From Scenedesmus sp. PABB004 (taxonomy: Eukaryota), in assembly GCA_014905635.1 (NCBI GenBank), contig JABVCE010000016.1:248001-312000 (forward strand): a stretch of 64,000 nucleotides of DNA, in the 5' to 3' direction. The notes under the pieces are model-generated. The model saw nothing but the letters and a program-made list of their open reading frames with translations. It was not told where the DNA came from and ran no database searches. Shown here piece after piece: positions 58,093 to 64,000 of the stretch. A program made the translations under genes and the position numbers. Position 1 is the first letter of the stretch. Each line of letters opens with the position of its first letter.

Positions 58093-59208
58093 ATGGACAC
58101 GCTGGCGCGCTGGGAGGACCAGGCCCTGCTGTGTGGCAGCCCGTACTTCGAGCCGGAGGGCTCGCCCGGCCGCGGCTGGCGCAAGGCAGGAAGCGACGCG
58201 TGGCTCGCCGGCCTGCTCGAGCGCCCTGCCAGCGACAGCGACTGCGGCGCTAGCACCGCTAGCAGCGCCGGCAGCCTTGGCAGCGCCGGCAGCGCCGGGC
58301 CCGGGATCGCCGCGTTTGCGCCCGTGGTGGAGCAGCAGCTCGGCATCACGCGCGCCATGGTGCTCGAGCGCGAGCGCAAGCTGGAGCGCCAGCTCGCGGC
58401 GCTGGCGTCGATGGCGGCCGAGTGGACGACGGCGAGGCGCGCCGTGGACCAGCTGGAGGGCCTGCTCTGCCATCTGGGCGCCGCGCCCGCGCCTGTGCCC
58501 GCGCCCGCGTGCGCGGGGGCGCCCGCTGACCCCGCTGCGTGGGGCGCGGCGGCAGGCGCCGCGGACGCGCAGCTGCAGGCGTTTGCGTCCCTGGTGCTGG
58601 CGGAGCAGCGGGAGGCCTGCGACGCGGGGTGCACCGCGCCGGCGGTGGCGAGGCGCTCGCCGTCGCCGCCGGCGGCGTGCGCGGCCAGTGCGCGCCCGCG
58701 CACCGTCAGCTGCGACGGGCGTGCGGCGGGGCTGGAGCCCCAGCTCGGTGCCGCGCACACGCTGTTCGCGGGCGGCCTGCCGGGGCTGATGCTGCCGGCA
58801 GCGGGCGGCCGCGGCGCGGCGTGCACGGCGTCACCGCTGGCGACGCCGTGCAGCGGCAGCATCGCGGCGAGCCGGCGCTCGCCGGCGCCGGTGCCGCCGC
58901 AGGTGGAGCCCTCGAGCGAGGCGCGCACCACACCGCGCCACCGGCGCACGTTCCACGGCCTCACCGTGCCGCGCGCCAGGTCCCTGGACGGCAGCGCGTC
59001 GCCGCTGCCGCTCGCAGACGGCGGCGGCCAGCGCACCGGGGGCTGGGCGCCCCCTGCCTGGGGCGGCGCGCGGTTTTCGCCCATGCCGCCGCGGACTGCC
59101 GAGACCCCCGAGCACAGCGGCGCGCTGCGCCTCGCGTCCAGGCGGCGAAGCGCCGGAGGCCGCATGGCCATGGAGCCCAGCGCCGCCGCCGCTGGCGTGC
59201 AGCCCTGA
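58093..59208 (+). CDS. Hypothetical intronless protein with a short coiled-coil-like segment
   Basis: 371-aa ORF with host codon usage, containing VLERERKLERQLAALASMAAEW. No family recognised. Confidence 0.6.
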   Translation: MDTLARWEDQALLCGSPYFEPEGSPGRGWRKAGSDAWLAGLLERPASDSDCGASTASSAGSLGSAGSAGPGIAAFAPVVEQQLGITRAMVLERERKLERQLAALASMAAEWTTARRAVDQLEGLLCHLGAAPAPVPAPACAGAPADPAAWGAAAGAADAQLQAFASLVLAEQREACDAGCTAPAVARRSPSPPAACAASARPRTVSCDGRAAGLEPQLGAAHTLFAGGLPGLMLPAAGGRGAACTASPLATPCSGSIAASRRSPAPVPPQVEPSSEARTTPRHRRTFHGLTVPRARSLDGSASPLPLADGGGQRTGGWAPPAWGGARFSPMPPRTAETPEHSGALRLASRRRSAGGRMAMEPSAAAAGVQP

Positions 59209-60479
59209 GCTGCGCCGCGCGGCGCGCCGCCCGACCCGCACACACGGCGTCGGCGCGGCCAGCCCGCGCGCACCGCGAGTGCGTTGAAGTGCTGGCAGCA
59301 GGTGGAGCTGGTCAGGGCTGCAGTAGAGGCAGCAGCATCAGTAGGCCAGAGCGGCAGCGCCGGGCCCTCAGCAGGAGAGGGCTGCGTTGCGTTGACCCTG
59401 CGCCAATCCGCGATTGCGGACTTTGATCCATTGCAAGTTCATGCTTGCGCAGGCATTGAGTGCACGCACTCACATTTCGAACGACCAGGCCCCGTCCGCC
59501 CCCGTGGGCGGGCATGGGCGGCGCGCATATTGTGCGCCGCCCCAGCCCTCGCCGCCCCCGGCGCCCCTGCGCCCGCGGAGCCCATCCACGTCCCATCATC
59601 CCCTTTGGTTGCTGCCGGCTGCAGGTGCCGCGCACATTCGCTTGGCGTTGCTGTTAGTTGCACTTTTGGAGGAATGGTGTGTGCTGTATGAGTTTTCCTT
59701 GCCATAGCTCTTGCTGGTCAGTGTGTGTGCTGCTGACCGCGCGCGGGCCGGCGCTGTGGGGTGCTGCGACAGGCAGGTCAACGCTGGCCTAACATTGTGC
59801 GGCGTGCCAACGGCACTTGCTGCTTTCCCTCGCAATCTCCCTCCAGCGATGCCCTCACACGCCGGCGGGCGACGCCGCGCTCCGCGGCTGCCGCGGCCGC
59901 CTCGGCGGCCGACTCTTTTGCGGTGACTTGCGTTGACTCGGCTAGTTGGTGTGTGCTAGGTGGCGCGTGCGTGCGTGCGTGCGTGCGTGGCGGCAGGGCT
60001 GCACCATTACAAACTGGCCAGCAGACAGGGCGGGGCGGGGAGCAGCCACGGGCGAGGCGCCTCGCCCGCGGCCGCCCCAGCCGGCTGGCGGGCAGCGAGC
60101 GGGCGCGCAGCGGGCAATTGCCCGCTTGCAAGCGCATCGGCGCTAGTGTCTGGCCCGCCTGGCATGAGCAATTGCGTCAGTCCTGGGGGCGCGGCGAGGG
60201 TCTGAGTGTGGCGCATGAACCAGCGTGCGCGGCGGCCGGCGCCCGCGCGGGGACTCCCTGCGCGGCCCATCGGCCGGCCCGCCCCGCCGCCACCGCGCTG
60301 CACAGCCCGATTGAGGGCGCCTGCGCTGCTCCTGCGCCGCTGCGGCGCGCCGACGGCGTCGCTGCGGAACCGCCGTCGCCGGCGCGGCCAGACTCTCCCC
60401 ACGCCCTCCACAGAGCCCAGTTTCCGCGCCCCGCGCTCTCCCGGTCCCTCACACCGCGAATCAAGCAAGCCACGCAGCC

Positions 60480-61493
60480 ATGGCGCGCGCGCAGCTCGCG
60501 CTGTTCGCGGTCGTGGTCGTCATCGTCACGGCCGTGCCTGCCGCGGCCGACCGCCGCCTGAGCACCTTTTCGCACCCCTGGCTCGACCACGCCGCGGCAG
60601 GCGGCGCCGCCAAGGCGCCATGCTCCGGCGCGGCGTCGTCGCCCGCGCCCGACCTGGGGGGCTCACGCTGGACAGCGTCGCTCTCGGGGGACAAGAACAT
60701 CAAGCCCGGCACCACGGGCGTCCCCGCGCCGCTCAAGGGGGCCGCCAAGGGCTCGTTTGACCTGACGCTCGACGAGCAGGCCCAGCGCGCCGCGTGGCGC
60801 CTCACGCTCTGCGACGTGCCCGGCTACATCGCCTCGCACCTCCACTCGGTGCGCGCCGCGCGAGGGCGCAGCGGCACGCACAGGCGCAGCGCGCCGCGCG
60901 CGCTGCGCACGCGCGCGTACGAGCCTGGCCCGCGCGCGGCGCGCCGCCCTTGACGCGCCGCGCTTTGCCCGTGCCCTGCCGCCGCGTTCCTGCGAGCCTT
61001 TGAAAGGGTTCGCCGCGGGCCGACAACCCGCCGCCGCTCGTGCCGCTCGAGCCGTACGGCCGGCCGTCCAACCCCTTTGCGCCGCCGGAGCTGCTGCCGC
61101 GCCTCTGCCCCGCGGTCGACGTGAAGGGCTGCACCTACGAGAAGCGCGGCTCGTTCGTCGCGGGCGACATCATCCCCCTGCCTGGCCGGGACAGCGAGGT
61201 GCCGGCGGTCAAGAGCTTTGCCGATTTCGTCAAGGTGCGGACCCGGCCGCGCGGCGGCGGGGCGGGGCGGGGGCGCGGCCCCCGCGGCGGCTGCCCCGGC
61301 ACCGGGGCAGGGGCGCGCGCCGCGTGCGGGCCGCCGCCGCGCCGCGGCCGAGCGCCGCGCGCGCGTGTCGTGCGCGCCGACCGCCGCGCCCGGCGCCGCG
61401 CTGCCCCCGGCAGGCGCTGCAAGGCGGCAAGATCTATATCAACGTCCACTCCACGTCCGCCCCGCCCGGCATCATCCGCGGCAACCTTGCCCC

Positions 61494-61527
<34 letters not shown>

Positions 61528-62154
61528 ACCAGCCCCAGCCCCGCCGGCGGCCCCGCGCCGGCCAACGGCACCACCACCACCACCGAGGCCGCGCCCGCCG
61601 GCGGCGTCGCGCCCGCGGCGACCACCGGCGGCACCACCACCAGCACGACCAGCCCGGGCCCCGCCGTGACCGCTAGCGGGACGGCGACCCAGCCTGCCGC
61701 GACCAGTGGCACGACCGCGCCGGGCGGAGTGACGCCGAGCACCGTGTCCAGCGGCTCGCTGCCTGCGACCGCGTACCCGGTCGTCGGCACGGAGCTGGCC
61801 GACACGCGGGGCACGGGCGTCACGAACGCGCAGAGCAACGGCGGCAGCAGCGCCATCAACGCGGGCGCCCTCCGCGCGGGGGGCTCCGACGCGGGCGTCG
61901 GCGGCGCGCTCGGGCGCGCAGGGTTTGGCGGCGCGTTCGCCGGCGCCGGGCCCGGCTCGGGCGGCGCGGGCTCGGGCGCCGCCGTCGGCGGCGCGGGCGT
62001 CGGCGCGGGCACCGCCGGCGCCGGCGCCGGCAGCGGCGCCGGCCCTGCCGGCGCGGCCGGCGGCGCGGCCGCGGGCGGCGCAGGCACCGGCCCGGGCACG
62101 GGCGCCGGCGGCGTCGGCGGCGGGGGCGGCGCCGGCGGTGCCGGCGCGCGCTGA
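60480..62154 (+). CDS. Secreted CHRD-domain protein with Thr-rich and Gly/Ala-rich tails, 3 exons
   Basis: Signal peptide, then ASLSG..VP..GA.G, ASHLH and YINVHS..P.G.IRGNL, which are CHRD hallmarks. Confidence 0.85.
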
Positions 62155-62558
62155 GCGCGCGCCCGTGCGCAGCACTCGCGTGCGTGTGCGTGTGCGTTGG
62201 CGTTGGCGCGCGGCGTCGTGGCTGCGCGCGGTTTGGTTGCAGTTGTGGCGGCCCAGCGGCCCAGGATCAGGCTGTGTGTTGCAGGCCGCGCCGTGCACGG
62301 CAGCAGCTGCGCGGCGACGCGCTGCTTGGCGGCGGCGGCCTGGCAAATAAGAGCGACCCGCGGCGCGGCCAGCCCGGTTACCGGCCGAGTTCCTGGCGCG
62401 GTCACGCACCGCGCCGCCGCGCGGCTCGCTCGCTCGCTCGCAAGCGCCCCGCGCCCGCCGCCCGGCGCGCACGCGCACGACCCTCGCACTCGCGCTCAGC
62501 AGCCCGCTCCCCCCGCCGCTGCCGCCGCCGCTCTGCTGCCGCTGCAGCCGCGCGCGCC

Positions 62559-64000
<1,442 letters not shown>

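Overview
Nuclear DNA from an extremely GC-rich, intron-dense eukaryote, most likely a chlorophyte green alga. This is inferred from the plastid-targeted GUN4, RbfA and HU genes, the short GC-rich introns and the (CA)n tracts. Most long six-frame ORFs are GC artefacts. Manual splicing gives about 21 genes: PLMT (partial), proteasome beta-7, a CX5R phosphatase, a full-length ABCB, DGAT2, eIF2-gamma, RbfA, HU, a class-3 lipase, a DCD-like RS-rich protein, two MFS transporters, GUN4, a beta-lactamase-family hydrolase, an AA5 copper radical oxidase, the TFIIIC TPR subunit, a CHRD protein, LeuRS (partial) and three hypothetical proteins. The most notable signals are non-coding: (1) about 28 GC-AG introns out of roughly 150; (2) a candidate single-hairpin AGA-box pseudouridylation guide RNA in a LeuRS intron; (3) two long fold-back hairpins in ABCB introns, one built from Ty1/copia reverse-transcriptase sequence; (4) apparent gene conversion between the two ABCB halves; (5) an inverted duplication of about 240 bp of a gene-end/promoter segment; (6) 8- and 12-nt microexons. 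All exon boundaries and counts were read by eye, and no database searches or folding programs were run.
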